NCBI GenBank assembly: GCA_902588585.1
Contig: CACIPQ010000002.1
Location: 28,911 to 92,910 of the forward strand
From: an uncultured Pelagibacteraceae bacterium
GTDB lineage: Bacteria; Pseudomonadota; Alphaproteobacteria; Pelagibacterales; Pelagibacteraceae
Reading direction: 5' to 3'
DNA: 64,000 nt
In this document: positions 10,111 to 24,838 of the stretch, in pieces
Numbering within the stretch: the stretch's first letter is position 1
How the letters are laid out: every line of letters begins with the position of its first letter
The notes under the pieces: generated by a model
What the model was told of the DNA's origin: nothing
Database searches by the model: none
The model's input: only the letters and a program-made list of their open reading frames with translations
Program-made: the position numbers and the translations under genes

Positions 10111-10896
10111 TTATTTTGGCGAATTTATAAGTTTATGAGTAGAAACCAAATTTTTGCTCACAAAATAATAAGATTGGGTTCCAATTGTAATTTTTGGTGG
10201 TGGAAAAGGCTCATGAATCATTGATCTAAGAAAATTATAAATTTTTCTTCCGCTCCATGACCAATTGATTTTTCCATTATTAGGAAAATTTTTCTTCTTA
10301 TACTTAAGATTTTGACCTTTAAGCCTATAACTAAAAATTTTTTGTTTCTTTAAAATTTTACTAAAAATTTTTTTGAACTCTTTAAAACTTTCATTCGTAA
10401 ACTTTTTATAAAGAGTTTCAGCTGTATCATGATTTAAAATTTTAATTTTTCTTTTTGATATAATTCTGCCTGAGTCTATTTTTTTTCCCAACCAATGTGC
10501 CGTTATACCTGTCAATTTTTCTCCATTAAATATTGCATGAACTAAAGAGTATCTACCTCTATACTTTGGTAGTAGAGAAGGATGAATGTTCAAAACACCA
10601 AATCTTGGATAGCTAACTAATTCTGATGGTAATATTTGTGTAGAACCCAAACAAAATATCACATCTAAATTTATTTTTTTTTTTACTAATACTTTTTTTA
10701 ATTTCTTTAATTCTATTTTTTTTAATTTATTTTTTTTAGATAATTTTGATACTGATTTATTAAATGAATTGTCAGTACCGTTGTCATCCTTATTACAAAC
10801 AACATATAAAGGTTTAATTTTTCTTTTCAGTAAATAGCTTAAGCAATTGTAGCCTAGCTGTTTGCCCCCAACAAAAATATAATTTAATTTTTTCAT
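10111..10896 (-). CDS. Formyltransferase (Fmt/ArnA-N-terminal/sugar N-formyltransferase-like)
   Basis: LNIHPSLLPKYRG motif (the folate-dependent formyltransferase HxSLLPxxRG) in a 261-aa protein. Confidence 0.75.
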   Translation of the reverse strand: MKKLNYIFVGGKQLGYNCLSYLLKRKIKPLYVVCNKDDNGTDNSFNKSVSKLSKKNKLKKIELKKLKKVLVKKKINLDVIFCLGSTQILPSELVSYPRFGVLNIHPSLLPKYRGRYSLVHAIFNGEKLTGITAHWLGKKIDSGRIISKRKIKILNHDTAETLYKKFTNESFKEFKKIFSKILKKQKIFSYRLKGQNLKYKKKNFPNNGKINWSWSGRKIYNFLRSMIHEPFPPPKITIGTQSYYFVSKNLVSTHKLINSPK

Positions 10897-12081
10897 CTAC
10901 TCTTTAGATCGACCCCATATATCTATAACATGTTTATTTTTGGAAAATTTTAAATTCATATATTTTTTATGGGGCGCACCAATAATTATTATATCAGATT
11001 TTTTTATAAGACTATTCGTTTTATAATAGTTTTTATCTCTGTAATAGACATCGCTATATATAACCTTAAATTTTCTTTTTTTTAATTTTTTTATCAAATC
11101 AATTGATAAAGAATCTCTAATATCGTCTGTTTCAGCTTTAAAAGTTACACCAAGAATACCAATAATTTTTTTTTTAGAATTTTTAATATTTTCTACTTTT
11201 TCAATAACCAAGTCTACCATGCTTTGATTTATCTTCATTGATGCAAAACCTAATTCAAATCTACCTTTGTAAAATGAACTCAGTTGCATTGTATCTTTTA
11301 ACAAACATGGTCCGGCAGTAAATCCTGACTTTGGCAGATTTAAATTTCTCTCATAACCAAACTTCATCAATTTTCTAATTCTATCAAAATCGACATTGTA
11401 TTTTTCACACATAATAAAAAGTTGGTTTGCAATTGCAAAATTGATGTATCTATTAGCATTTGAAAATAATTTTATTAGTTCAGCTTCCTGAATAGTCGAA
11501 AGAAGAATTTTTTTACAAATTTTTTTAAAAAGTTTACTGACTATATGAACAGAATTTTTATTAACCCCAGCCACTACTTGTGGTAAGTTAGGCAGTTCAA
11601 TTAAAGCTTTGCTTTGGACAATTCTTTCAGGACAATAAACAATATTGTTATTTTTCGTTTTTAAAATTTTTGATATTTTTCTTATCATTCCAGGATAAAC
11701 AGAGCTACGAATTATGAGTATTTGATTTTTGTTGATAATTTTTAACAATTTATAAAATAAAGCTACGAAGTTTTTAACCTCGGGTTTTAATTTTTTATTT
11801 ACGGGTGTACCTATGCAAATTATTATAAATTTACTTGTTTTGACTGTTTTCAAATCATTGCTAAAAGATAAAATTTTTTTTTTTAAGCACTTGTGTAAAA
11901 GTTTTTTTGCGCCTATTTCATAAAAAGGCGGTATACCTAATTTAATTTTATTTAAATTTTTTTGATCAACGTCAACTAAGTTAATTTTATATTTTTTTGA
12001 TCCAAATGCTAAGCCAAGAGGAAATCCAACGTGTCCTGCTCCACCTACAATACTAATAGAATTTTTAATAATTTTATTCAT
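10897..12081 (-). CDS. Nucleotide-sugar 6-dehydrogenase (UDP-glucose/GDP-mannose dehydrogenase family)
   Basis: N-terminal Rossmann motif ISIVGGAGHVGFPLGLAF and a catalytic-Cys block GFTAGPCLLKD, in a 394-aa protein. The sugar substrate cannot be assigned. Confidence 0.75.
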   Translation of the reverse strand: MNKIIKNSISIVGGAGHVGFPLGLAFGSKKYKINLVDVDQKNLNKIKLGIPPFYEIGAKKLLHKCLKKKILSFSNDLKTVKTSKFIIICIGTPVNKKLKPEVKNFVALFYKLLKIINKNQILIIRSSVYPGMIRKISKILKTKNNNIVYCPERIVQSKALIELPNLPQVVAGVNKNSVHIVSKLFKKICKKILLSTIQEAELIKLFSNANRYINFAIANQLFIMCEKYNVDFDRIRKLMKFGYERNLNLPKSGFTAGPCLLKDTMQLSSFYKGRFELGFASMKINQSMVDLVIEKVENIKNSKKKIIGILGVTFKAETDDIRDSLSIDLIKKLKKRKFKVIYSDVYYRDKNYYKTNSLIKKSDIIIIGAPHKKYMNLKFSKNKHVIDIWGRSKE

Positions 12082-12122
12082 ATTGAAGATTAATTTGTAT
12101 TATTATACTAACTAATAGTAAA

Positions 12123-13364
12123 ATGAAAAAGTACTCCAAAATAATTACAAAGTGTCAATTCTCTAAAAAAAAAGATCTTCAAACTGTTTTATCACTTGGA
12201 TTTTTGCCTGGTGTCAATCAAATGCAAAAAGTTAATTCGAATAATAATTTTGAGTATTTTTTTCCTACTAATTTAGTTTATTCACCATCCTCAAAATTAT
12301 TTCAAATTGATAACATAGTTGACAAAAAAATTTTATTTCCAAAAAGTTATCCTTATACAAGTAGCACAACAAAAATTTTGCGTGATAATTTTGAAAATTT
12401 GTATAAAGAAACTAAAAATACTTTTGGATTAAATAAAGATGACCTTGTTGTTGATATTGGGTCTAATGATGGTAACCTTTTAAAAAAATTTAAAAACTGT
12501 AAAGTTCTAGGAGTAACTCCTGAAAAAATTGGATACAAAGCCATTAGAGACGGGATACCTACAATCATAAACTATTTTAATAAAAAAGTGGTTAATCAAA
12601 TAAATAAAAAATATGGAAAAGCAAAAATTATTACAGCAACCAATGTTTTTGCGCATATAGATAACATTGATGATTTAATGAGAAATATTCTTAAACTAAT
12701 AAAGGAAGATGGTGTTTTTATAACTGAGTCACATTATTTTCTGTCTCTGGTCAAAACACTGCAGTATGACACAATTTATCATGAACATTTAAGATATTAC
12801 ACTGTAACGAGCTTAAAAAATATTTTTAAAAAATATGGAATGAAAATTATAAAAGTAAAAAAAATAAATACTCATGGTGGTTCAATTAGGGTCTATGCTG
12901 TAAAAAATAAAAAATTTTCAATTGATAAAAGTGTAAATAAGTCGCTAATCGAAGAAAAAACATTTTTGTCAAAAAAAAATATAAAGTTATTTAGAAATAA
13001 AGTATTAAAATCTAAGTCTGATTTACTTTCAAAGATTTTAAAGATTAAAAAAAATAATAATTCTATTTTTGCAGTAGGAGCACCTTCGAGAGCAACTACT
13101 TTGGTAAATTATGTTGGTTTAAATGAAAATTTAATTGACTGTATTTGTGAAATCAAAGGATCTCACAAAATTAGTCATTATTTACCTGGAACTCGAATAC
13201 CTATTGTGTCTGAACAAATAATTTTTAAAAAAAAACCCGAATACTTGCTGATATTGTCATGGCACATTTCAAGAGAACTAATAAAAAATTTAAGAAAAAA
13301 AGGTTACAAAGGAAAATTCATTATACCTTTACCAAATCCTAAAATTGTCAGAAAATATAATTAG
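12123..13364 (+). CDS. SAM-dependent C-methyltransferase (NDP-hexose C-methyltransferase-like)
   Basis: Class I motif I is VVDIGSNDGNLL. The long C-terminal domain and overall 413-aa architecture resemble TylCIII-type sugar C-methyltransferases. This is a by-eye call. Confidence 0.6.
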   Translation: MKKYSKIITKCQFSKKKDLQTVLSLGFLPGVNQMQKVNSNNNFEYFFPTNLVYSPSSKLFQIDNIVDKKILFPKSYPYTSSTTKILRDNFENLYKETKNTFGLNKDDLVVDIGSNDGNLLKKFKNCKVLGVTPEKIGYKAIRDGIPTIINYFNKKVVNQINKKYGKAKIITATNVFAHIDNIDDLMRNILKLIKEDGVFITESHYFLSLVKTLQYDTIYHEHLRYYTVTSLKNIFKKYGMKIIKVKKINTHGGSIRVYAVKNKKFSIDKSVNKSLIEEKTFLSKKNIKLFRNKVLKSKSDLLSKILKIKKNNNSIFAVGAPSRATTLVNYVGLNENLIDCICEIKGSHKISHYLPGTRIPIVSEQIIFKKKPEYLLILSWHISRELIKNLRKKGYKGKFIIPLPNPKIVRKYN

Positions 13365-14864
13365 ATGGATAAATTCTTAAAATTTTTAAGTAATAAATAT
13401 ATTTTGTCTATTCTTTTTATTAATATATTTTTTTTTCTTTTAACTTTTAACAATCCATGGACATTAGATGATTACGGATATTTTTCTGCAGGAAAGTTAT
13501 ACAATCTAATTAATAATAAAGTAATTAGTTTTGAACCTTTTATTTTTGGAAGTGGCTATGGCCTTCATTTAGAAAGCAGATATATGCCATTATTTTATTT
13601 TTTGAATCAAATACTGCCTTCTTCTAGCATCTTGTTTCATTTAATTATTGTTACTGTTCACACTCTTACATGTTTTATAGTTTTTTTAATCTCAGAAAAA
13701 ATATTTCAAAAAAAAAATTTGTCTTTTTTATTTTCACTTTTTTACACTCTAAACTACAGCATAAGTATTAAAGCATTATCCTGGAATGTATTCTATGGAC
13801 ATATAATTGCTGCCTTTTTTGGTTTGCTATCTATATATTTTTTAATTTTATTATTTGAAGAAAAAAGAATAAAAAAAATTTATTTATTAATTTATTTTTT
13901 ATTATCTTCTTTTTCTTTTTTAACAACCGAAAGCGGTTTAGTATTTCCAATAATAGGATCCTTTATTCTTTTGTTTTTTTTCAAAAAAGATAAATTAATA
14001 TCAAAATTTTTTATTTCTTTATTCCCATTGGTTATATTTATATTCTTAGTTTATTTAAATACTGGAAAAATTTTACCTTTGCTAAAAGATAGAGCAACAA
14101 ACGAAGATCAAACTAAAGTTGAAAAAATTTTAAATTCAAATAATGAAAATAAAATTCATTTTTACAGATCTACTTATGCCCCACGTAATTTAGAGGGATA
14201 TGTATTAAGAAGCATTGATAACGTACTTGGAAGTATTAACCTAACTTCTCTTGAAAAAGTATTAAAGTATTATGATAAAAACGATATAATCAAATTTCAT
14301 TTTAAAAAGAATATATACTTTTTTCTTACTGCTATACTTTTTATTATATTGTTTTTCTTATTTTTTATTTTAAAAGAAAAGTACTCAAAAAAAAATCTCA
14401 ATTTAATAACCAAAAGCTTTGTAATTTATTTATTAATATTTTTTATTTATAGTATAATTTTTTTTAGAAGAGATATAAATTTTGGCCTATCTTTCTGTTC
14501 CGCGCTATTGCTAACCAGTTTAATTAAAAACTTAAATGATAACAATTCTATTTTAAAAATTAGGTTAATAGTAATTTCTTTTGTGCTTCCTTCAGTTCTT
14601 TATGCTGCAACTTTTTTTTCCTACTGGGGAGAAGATTGGGGTCCAAAATCTGAAATGATAAAAAAATCAAACTACATAATTCAAATGACAAAAAAAGGTG
14701 AGCTTATTCAAAATTTGAAGTATCGTACTGATTATAAAAACTTATATTACCTTTACCATTTTAATAACTATCAAAGTTATTTGAGCAAAAAATATAAAAA
14801 TATGAATTTTATTAATTTTCAGAAAACTTTAGAAAAAGATTTTGAATTATTTCAAAATAAATAA
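13365..14864 (+). CDS. Polytopic membrane protein, candidate GT-C-fold glycosyltransferase (ArnT/PMT-like)
   Basis: 499 aa with more than 10 hydrophobic segments. An acidic pair sits in the first predicted loop (NPWTLDDYGYF) and the C-terminal ~100 aa look soluble. The start codon directly follows the methyltransferase stop (TAG ATG). Confidence 0.4.
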   Translation: MDKFLKFLSNKYILSILFINIFFFLLTFNNPWTLDDYGYFSAGKLYNLINNKVISFEPFIFGSGYGLHLESRYMPLFYFLNQILPSSSILFHLIIVTVHTLTCFIVFLISEKIFQKKNLSFLFSLFYTLNYSISIKALSWNVFYGHIIAAFFGLLSIYFLILLFEEKRIKKIYLLIYFLLSSFSFLTTESGLVFPIIGSFILLFFFKKDKLISKFFISLFPLVIFIFLVYLNTGKILPLLKDRATNEDQTKVEKILNSNNENKIHFYRSTYAPRNLEGYVLRSIDNVLGSINLTSLEKVLKYYDKNDIIKFHFKKNIYFFLTAILFIILFFLFFILKEKYSKKNLNLITKSFVIYLLIFFIYSIIFFRRDINFGLSFCSALLLTSLIKNLNDNNSILKIRLIVISFVLPSVLYAATFFSYWGEDWGPKSEMIKKSNYIIQMTKKGELIQNLKYRTDYKNLYYLYHFNNYQSYLSKKYKNMNFINFQKTLEKDFELFQNK

Positions 14865-14873
14865 TGTTTTTTC

Positions 14874-15245
14874 TTACGCAACAAATTTACTCAAATCTGG
14901 TTTAAAATAATTTGGCCCTTTCATAACTTTGCCCTTGTCATTATAAATAGGTTTCCCATCTGATCCTAATTTGCTCATGTTCGAATTTTGTACCTCTTCA
15001 AAACATTTGTCGAGATTAATTCCAAAAGCATGACCAGCTCCATATGTAACATAAAGTATATCTGTTAATGCGTCCGCAACCTCTTTAATGTCTTTTTTAT
15101 CGATAGCTTCTTTTAACTCTAATAATTCCTCTTTTATAAGGTCGTATCTAAGACTAATAATTTTTTCCTCAGGAAATTCGGCATTTTCCTTTACCTCTTG
15201 GCCGAAAGTTTGCATAAATTTTTTCACACTAGTAAAATTACTCAT
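14874..15245 (-). CDS. MazG-like nucleoside triphosphate pyrophosphohydrolase domain protein
   Basis: 123 aa, all-alpha, with the EE..EL..A....D...E.AD.L.D..Y pattern ([13 protein letters not shown]...[12 protein letters not shown]). Confidence 0.6.
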   Translation of the reverse strand: MSNFTSVKKFMQTFGQEVKENAEFPEEKIISLRYDLIKEELLELKEAIDKKDIKEVADALTDILYVTYGAGHAFGINLDKCFEEVQNSNMSKLGSDGKPIYNDKGKVMKGPNYFKPDLSKFVA

Positions 15246-15305
15246 ATTTCTGCCTTTATATTTTATAAATATTTAATAAAAGTGTATTATATCAAAGAAT
15301 CGCAA

Positions 15306-16697
15306 ATGAAATACAGAACAGAATATGATTCAATTGGAAAAATTAAAGTTCCTGGTGATAAGTATTGGGGTGCGTCAACTCAAAGATCCAATAAATACTT
15401 TGATATCGGTGATTTCCTTATAAGACCAGTTTTAATTCAATCAATAGCTGTCATTAAAAAAGCTGCGGCAATAGTTAATGCACGAAACGGGGATTTAGAA
15501 AAAAAAATAAGTAAATACATTGTGAAAGCAGCTGATGAGGTAATTAAAGGAAAACTTCATAGTCATTTTCCTTTAAAAGTTTGGCAAACAGGGTCGGGAA
15601 CTCAAACCAATATGAATGTTAATGAAGTAATTGCCAACAGGGCAATACAGATGATGGGCGGCAAAATGGGAACCAAAAAACCCGTTCATCCTAATGATCA
15701 TGTAAACAAATCACAATCAACTAACGATGTTTTTCCGACTGCCATGCATATTGCGATTGTCGTGAAAACGAAAAATAAATTGCTGCCTTCTTTAAAATTG
15801 TTAGAAAAAGAATTAAGCAAAAAGGTAAAGCAATTCAATAAAATAGTTAAATTAGGTAGGACACACCTTCAAGATGCCACTCCTTTAACTTTGGGACAGG
15901 AATTTTCTGGATATCAATCTCAATTAAAAAAATGTATCGAAAGAATAGAGAGAGCTCTAAGCGAAATATACTATTTAGCACAGGGAGGTACAGCCGTAGG
16001 TACAGGCTTAAATACTAAAAAAAATTTCGATAAAAAAATTATAAAAGAAATTAATAAAATAACCAAATTTCCTTTTAAACCAGCAAAAAATAAGTTTGCA
16101 GCCTTAGCTGCCCATGATTCAATAGTAAATTTTTCTGGAACAATGAATACTACCGCTGTTTGCTTGATGAAAATAGCTAACGATATAAGATTTCTAGGAT
16201 CTGGACCGCGAGCGGGTTACGGAGAATTAATATTGCCGGAAAATGAACCAGGTTCTTCGATAATGCCTGGTAAAATAAATCCAACACAATGTGAGGCTGT
16301 TACAATGGTTTGTGTAAAAGTGATTGGAAATCACAATGGTATTACTATGGCAGGATCACATGGTCATTTTGAATTAAACGTTTTTAAACCTTTGATTATA
16401 CACAACATTCTTCAATCAATAAATATTATGTCCGACTCTTCTAAATGTTTTGCTAATTATTGCATTAAGGGTTTAAAGGCTGACAAAAAAAGAATTAAGT
16501 CTCTACTTGATAATTCTTTGATGCTAGTAACAGCTCTTTCCCCAAAGATTGGTTATGATAATGCAGCAAAAATAGCAAAGAAAGCTTTAAAAAATGGAAC
16601 AACTTTAAAAGAAGAAACTTTAAAAACTGGCCTTATAAACGAAAAAGAATATTTAAGAATTGTAGATCCAAAAAAAATGATCAAGCCTAATAAATAA
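15306..16697 (+). CDS. fumC: Class II fumarate hydratase
   Basis: [29 protein letters not shown]-terminus and the [11 protein letters not shown] signature loop. The start is trimmed from the track ORF (15198) to the ATG at 15306, which removes the overlap with the MazG-like gene. Confidence 0.9.
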   Translation: MKYRTEYDSIGKIKVPGDKYWGASTQRSNKYFDIGDFLIRPVLIQSIAVIKKAAAIVNARNGDLEKKISKYIVKAADEVIKGKLHSHFPLKVWQTGSGTQTNMNVNEVIANRAIQMMGGKMGTKKPVHPNDHVNKSQSTNDVFPTAMHIAIVVKTKNKLLPSLKLLEKELSKKVKQFNKIVKLGRTHLQDATPLTLGQEFSGYQSQLKKCIERIERALSEIYYLAQGGTAVGTGLNTKKNFDKKIIKEINKITKFPFKPAKNKFAALAAHDSIVNFSGTMNTTAVCLMKIANDIRFLGSGPRAGYGELILPENEPGSSIMPGKINPTQCEAVTMVCVKVIGNHNGITMAGSHGHFELNVFKPLIIHNILQSINIMSDSSKCFANYCIKGLKADKKRIKSLLDNSLMLVTALSPKIGYDNAAKIAKKALKNGTTLKEETLKTGLINEKEYLRIVDPKKMIKPNK

Positions 16698-16708
16698 GAA
16701 TCAGATTA

Positions 16709-18172
16709 TTAACCAAAAGTTTCTTTTGCAAATTTTTTTAATCTGAAAAAATCTAAAATTCCAAGATTCCCTCTGTCTAATACAAATTCATTAAAGTTTT
16801 TCTCTAAATTTAAAATATCTTTTCTATCAAATTTTTCTCTGTTATCTCTTACAATATTTTTAAATTTAATTTTATTATTAATTAAATCTATTTTACCAGC
16901 TAAGAACAAAGATGTTTCTTTTTCATTAAAATCATAAATATTAAACTTTCTTAAGAATTTATCTGAATTTTTTGAATAGAAATTAAAAGAAAAATCTAAG
17001 AATGGCTCTTTATAATTATTGGCATATAAAAGATTAAAATTGATTTTACTGCCTTGTGGTAAATTGGCTGATCCATTTTCTATTTTCATATCTCCATTTT
17101 CAAAAATCATTGACATTTTAATATTGTTTATTCGGCCAACAAATGAGTTTGTACTTTTACCATAAATTTTGAACTTTCCATTAACTTTTTTGCTTATACC
17201 TGAGTCTAAAAAATTATAATTTTTATCTGAAGAAAAATAATATAGAAGAAATTTTCTTAAATTAATTTGATTGATATTTAAGTTAAGATCAAAGAAAAAA
17301 TTGTCTACAAAAGATACTTCTCCGTCAATTTTAGAGTTAAAAAATTTATTTCTAAAAAAAGATTCATCAATTTTAAATTTTTCCTTACCTTTAAAATTTA
17401 GTGTAACAATACTATCAAATAATTTTATTTGGGATTTACCGGTTACTCTTTCTAAGGTACTTGATGGTTCAAAGATTGCACTTAGAGATGCATCTAGGTC
17501 TGGAATTTCTAATTTAAGATTTTTTTCTCCTTGTATTTTGTCTGTAAATTTTAGTTTTATTTTTTTTTTAGAAAATACAGAGTCGAATACTATCTGGTGG
17601 TTATTATTATTAAACTTCTCTTTTAAGTTAACATTTTCAAATAAAACTTTATTATTTTGATCATCTGAAAAAAATATCTTACAGTTTTTCAAAAAAATAT
17701 CATTTTTCTTTAGAATGGTAAAATACTTAAAATAATTTTTAAATTCATTTGGATATATTTTAATTGTTTGATCGAGAATAAAAAATTTTTTAAGTTTTAT
17801 ATTTTTTAAGTTATTAATATAAAATGGGGAAGTAGAAATATAAACTGTTTCTAAAAAAATTTGTTTTTTTGAATTTTTAAAATTTAAATTTACTTTTTTA
17901 ATTTCAAGTCTGGGTGACGGAAAAATTTTGTATGATATGTTACCTTTTATTTTGACATTGAGATTGAAAGAATTGTTAATATTCTTTTCAATAACATGCT
18001 TGTCTGTATTATAGTTTTTAAAAGTAGGCTTGGCAAAATAAGATATTACTGTTAACAAAAATATTGTGAAAATTCCTGCCGTAATTGTTTTTTTATTTAA
18101 ATATCTTTTATAATTGCTAACACTTTTTTTGTTAAACAAGGAATACAGAATTTTAATTACTGGATTTTCCAT
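16709..18172 (-). CDS. AsmA-family-like envelope protein
   Basis: A single N-terminal TM anchor is followed by a long repetitive region that appears beta-rich. The segment GNISYKIFPSPRLEIKKVNL resembles the AsmA N-terminal motif. This is a weak, by-eye call. Confidence 0.4.
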   Translation of the reverse strand: MENPVIKILYSLFNKKSVSNYKRYLNKKTITAGIFTIFLLTVISYFAKPTFKNYNTDKHVIEKNINNSFNLNVKIKGNISYKIFPSPRLEIKKVNLNFKNSKKQIFLETVYISTSPFYINNLKNIKLKKFFILDQTIKIYPNEFKNYFKYFTILKKNDIFLKNCKIFFSDDQNNKVLFENVNLKEKFNNNNHQIVFDSVFSKKKIKLKFTDKIQGEKNLKLEIPDLDASLSAIFEPSSTLERVTGKSQIKLFDSIVTLNFKGKEKFKIDESFFRNKFFNSKIDGEVSFVDNFFFDLNLNINQINLRKFLLYYFSSDKNYNFLDSGISKKVNGKFKIYGKSTNSFVGRINNIKMSMIFENGDMKIENGSANLPQGSKINFNLLYANNYKEPFLDFSFNFYSKNSDKFLRKFNIYDFNEKETSLFLAGKIDLINNKIKFKNIVRDNREKFDRKDILNLEKNFNEFVLDRGNLGILDFFRLKKFAKETFG

Positions 18173-18219
18173 AACGTTGTTTTATAAGCAGTATAGAACT
18201 AAAAATAAAGAACTTCATA

Positions 18220-20246
18220 ATGAAAGATTTTTTAAAAATATTAAATGAGGAACAAAAATCTGCTGTATTGAATATTGAGGGACCGAGTTTAGTTGTCGCT
18301 GGTGCCGGATCTGGCAAAACAAGAGTATTAACATCGAGGTTGGCCTACATACTAAAACAGAAAAAAGCTTGGCCCAATCAAATTTTATGCGTCACCTTCA
18401 CAAATAAAGCCGCAAAAGAAATGCGAGATAGGGTTATAAAAATTCTAGGAGGTAAAGAAAATTCCCTAGCCTGGCTTGGAACTTTTCATTCAATAAGTGT
18501 AAAATTTTTAAGAAGGCACGCTGAAGCAGTAGGTCTAAAAAGTAATTTCACAATCTTGGATACTGATGATCAAAAAAAATTAATTAAAAATATATGTAAG
18601 GGAGAAAATATAGATGCAAAAAAAATATCTCCTCAATTTATAATTGCTTTGATTGATCGTTGGAAAAATAAAGGTCTTTTGCCTGATGAAGTGCGTTTAA
18701 CAAAAAAAGATGTTTTCGAAAATCAAATACTAAAAGTATACAAAATTTATCAGAGTAAAATTAAAGATTTAAATGCTTGCGACTTTGGTGATTTAATATT
18801 GTATTGTGTAAAACTATTTGAAAAAAACACTGACATAAAAAATATTTATTCAAATAATTTTAAATATATACTTGTAGATGAATATCAAGATACAAATTTT
18901 ATTCAAAACAAGTGGTTAAATCTAATCGTTAATAAAAATAAAAATATCTGCTGTGTTGGTGATGATGATCAGTCAATTTATAGCTGGAGAGGTGCAGAAA
19001 TTAAAAATTTTCTAAGCTTTGATAAAGTTTATCCTGACTGCAAAATTTTTAGATTAGAGCAAAATTATAGATCGACTAAAAATATTTTAGATACTGCTTC
19101 TTTTTTAATTTCACATAACAAAGATCGTTTGGGTAAAAAACTTTGGTCTGACGGTGAAAAAGGTGAACTGGTTAAACTGAACTGTTACAAGAATGGACGA
19201 GAAGAGGCTCAAGGGGTTGGTGATATCATTGAGGAAAATATTAAAAAAAAAAATTCCCTAAACAATATTGCAATACTTGTTAGGGCTATATACCAAACCA
19301 GAGAATTTGAAGAGAGATTTTTAAAGATAGGCATCAATTATAGAATTATTGGAGGCACAAAATTCTATGAAAGAGCAGAAGTAAAAGATGCTATTTGCTA
19401 TTTAAGAATTATAAATCAAAAGTTTGATGATTTAGCCTTTGAAAGAATTATAAATATGCCTCGTAGAGGTTTAGGAGCCTCTACAATAAAACAATTACAC
19501 GATTTTTCCTCTAAAAATAAAATTTGTCTAGAAGACTCTTCTCACAAACTTCTTCAACTAAATCAATTTAAACCAAAAACAAGATCTGTAATAAAACATT
19601 TTTTAGAGCTAGTAAGCAAGTGGAGATCTGATTTAAAGAAAAAGAAACATTATGATTTGTTGAAAATTGTTTTAGATGAGTCTGGCTACTCTGCAATGCT
19701 AAAAAACAAAAAAGATCTTGAAAATGAAAATCGAATAGAAAATTTAAAAGAACTTTTAAGAGCCATGCATGACTATGATAATTTACAAGGATTTTTAGAA
19801 CATGTTGCTTTAGCGACTTCAATTGATCAGGAATGGGAGGATGAAAAAGTTAACATCATGACAATGCATGCGGCAAAAGGTTTGGAATTTGAGTCAGTAT
19901 TTTTGCCAGGATGGGAAGAAGGTTTGTTTCCACATCAAAAATCTTTGGAAGAAAAAGGCGACTTAGCATTAGAAGAAGAAAGAAGATTAGCGTATGTAGG
20001 TATTACGAGAGCTAAAAAAAAGGCCCATATATCTTTTGCCATGCAAAGGTCGTGGCATGGTGAATGGATGGATAGTTTACCATCAAGATTTGTAAATGAA
20101 CTTCCTGAGGAGGGTATAGAAAAAAATGAAGATCCGGTTAAAGAAATTTCTGATGATTTTGATTTCAATCAGGATAATCTTCTTGAAAATAATGAAGAGT
20201 ACAGAAGTCCTGGATGGGCTAGACTAAAAAAAAAATTACTTAAATA

Positions 20247-20247
<1 letters not shown>
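18220..20247 (+). CDS. uvrD: UvrD/Rep/PcrA-family DNA helicase II
   Basis: Walker A AGAGSGKT, motif II VDEYQDTN, and the MTMHAAKGLEF and VGITRAKK motifs. Confidence 0.9.
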
Positions 20248-24789
<4,542 letters not shown>

Positions 24790-24838
24790 GCTACTATTAA
24801 TAACAAAAAAAACAGTTCCCGTAAAATGTTGTTGAAAT

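Noticed and set aside
9801-10130. Antisense ORFs within well-supported genes, also at 17271-17660, 40146-40466, 40666-40953, 54787-55113, 58379-58660 and 60413-60721
   Set aside because: Each lies fully inside, or mostly overlaps, a longer ORF with clear family motifs on the other strand. They are hydrophobic or low-complexity shadow frames.
15198-15305. N-terminal extension of fumC given by the track ORF
   Set aside because: The extension overlaps the MazG-like gene start and promoter region and is not fumarase-like. The ATG at 15306 yields the canonical [11 protein letters not shown]... N-terminus.
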